DNA from: Rebecca billardiae RCC1528
Taxonomy: Eukaryota > Protista > Haptophyta
Length of the DNA: 64,000 bases
Reading direction: 5' to 3'
NCBI GenBank assembly: GCA_965240325.2
Contig: OZ251234.1
Location: forward strand, 2,170,001 to 2,234,000
The position numbers were made by a program, and so were the translations under genes. Numbering within the stretch: position 1 is the stretch's first letter; each line of letters begins with the position of its first letter. The notes beneath the pieces were generated by a model that ran no database searches, was not told the origin of the DNA, and saw only the letters and a list, made by a program, of their open reading frames with translations. Shown in pieces: positions 62,917-64,000 of this stretch.

Positions 62917-64000
62917 CCTCCCACGCCGCCGCCGAGCCCGCCGCCAAGCCCTCCGCCGCCGAGCCCGCCGCCGCCGAGCCCTCCGCCGCCGCGCCCGCCG
63001 CCGCCGAGCTCGCCGCCGCCGCCGCCACCATCCCCGCCACCGAGCCCGCCGCCGAGCTCGCCGCCGCCGCCGCCGCCTTCGCCGCCGCCGAGCCCGCCGC
63101 CGCGCCCGCCGCCGCCGAGCCCGCCGCCGCCCCCGCCCCCCACGCCGCCGCCGAGCCCGCCGCCGAGCCCGCCGCCGCCGAGCCCACCGCCGCCGAGCCC
63201 TCCGCCGCCGAGCCCGCCGCCGCCGAGCTCGCCGCCGCCGCCGCCACCATCCCCGCCGCCGAGCCCGCCGCCGAGCCCGCCGCCGAGCCCGCCGCCGCCG
63301 AGCTCGCCGCCGCCGCCACCTCCCACGCCGCCCCCCAGCCCGCCGCCGAGTCCACCGCCGCCTCTCCCGCCGCCGCCGAGCCCGCCGCCGCCCAGCCCGC
63401 CACCACCCAGCTCGCCGCCGCCCCCTCCGCCCTCGCCGCCGCCCAGCCCCCCGCCAAGCTTGCCGCCGCCACCGCCGCCCTCACCGCCGCCGAGCCCGCC
63501 GCCGAGCTCGCCGCCGCCACCGCCGCCCTCACCGCCGCCGAGCCCGCCGCCGAGCTCGCCGCCGCCGCGCCCGCCGCCGCCGCCACCACCGACGCCGCCG
63601 CCCAGCCCACCACCGAGCCCTCCGCCGCCCAACCCGCCGCCACCCAGCCCACCGCCGCCGAGCCCGCCGCCGCCGAGCGCGCCGCCGCCGCCGCCGCCCT
63701 CGCCGCCGCCGAGCCCGCCACCGCGCCCTCCGCCGCGCTCGCCGCCGCCGCCACCGCCCTCGCCGCCGCCCTCGCCGCCGCCCTCATCGCCGCCGAGCTT
63801 GCCGCCGCCGCCGCCGCCCTCGCCGCCGCCCAGCCCGCCGCCGAGCCCTCCGCCGCCGAGCCCGCCGCCGCCGAGTCCGCCGCCACCCAGCCCGCCGCCG
63901 CCGAGCTCGCCGCCTCCGCCGCCTCCCCCAATCCCGCCGCCTTCTCCGCCGCCATCTCCACCGCCGCCCCGCGCGCCGCCGCCCCCGCCGCCCAGCCCGC
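55330..64000 (+). CDS. Second giant secreted/surface Ser-Pro-rich (extensin-like) protein, N-terminal part; continues beyond the window
   Basis: ATG 55330 gives a hydrophobic leader (MARAAASAAVLILAAC...; LLSLAASAVIGAAPASAQT), followed by ~8.3 kb of SPPP/SPPPP codons. It is missing from the ORF track, consistent with no stop codon in the window. An early intron cannot be excluded. Confidence 0.7.

Noticed and set aside
55257-63961. Long minus-strand poly-Gly/Ala/Arg ORFs and + strand ORF 55374..58385
   Set aside because: Frame shadows of the Ser-Pro gene starting at 55330.

Overview
Very GC-rich eukaryotic nuclear DNA with short GT(G/A)CGC...GCAG introns. It resembles a haptophyte alga (Pavlovales-like), although that is an inference from composition and gene content. 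Genes from left to right: the 3' end of meckelin (TMEM67/MKS3); a 5-exon, ~7,390-aa polycystin-1/REJ-like surface protein; a GT34-like glycosyltransferase divergent from a ~1,720-aa SUN-domain protein; an intronless F-box/ankyrin-like gene; an OTU-like deubiquitinase divergent from a non-RD Ser/Thr kinase; and a second giant Ser-Pro-rich protein running off the window end. The polycystin-like protein carries a signal peptide, a 13-aa Pro repeat array, an extensin-like stalk, plant-type LRRs, 12 uncharacterised Cys-containing ~100-aa repeats, IPT/TIG, REJ, GAIN/GPS, five TM helices with EF-hands, and no channel domain. Two intergenic blocks (25.8-29.4 kb and 36.9-49.8 kb) are nests of non-autonomous mobile elements sitting in TA/(AT)n sites. 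They include three TIR elements, a 1.85-kb foldback, a truncated RLE-type non-LTR retroelement, and head-to-tail tandem elements with terminal hairpins (one pair showing compensatory stem changes) and no conventional target duplication, which suggests an unannotated rolling-circle (HUH)-type family. No CRISPR array, rRNA or tRNA was recognised.
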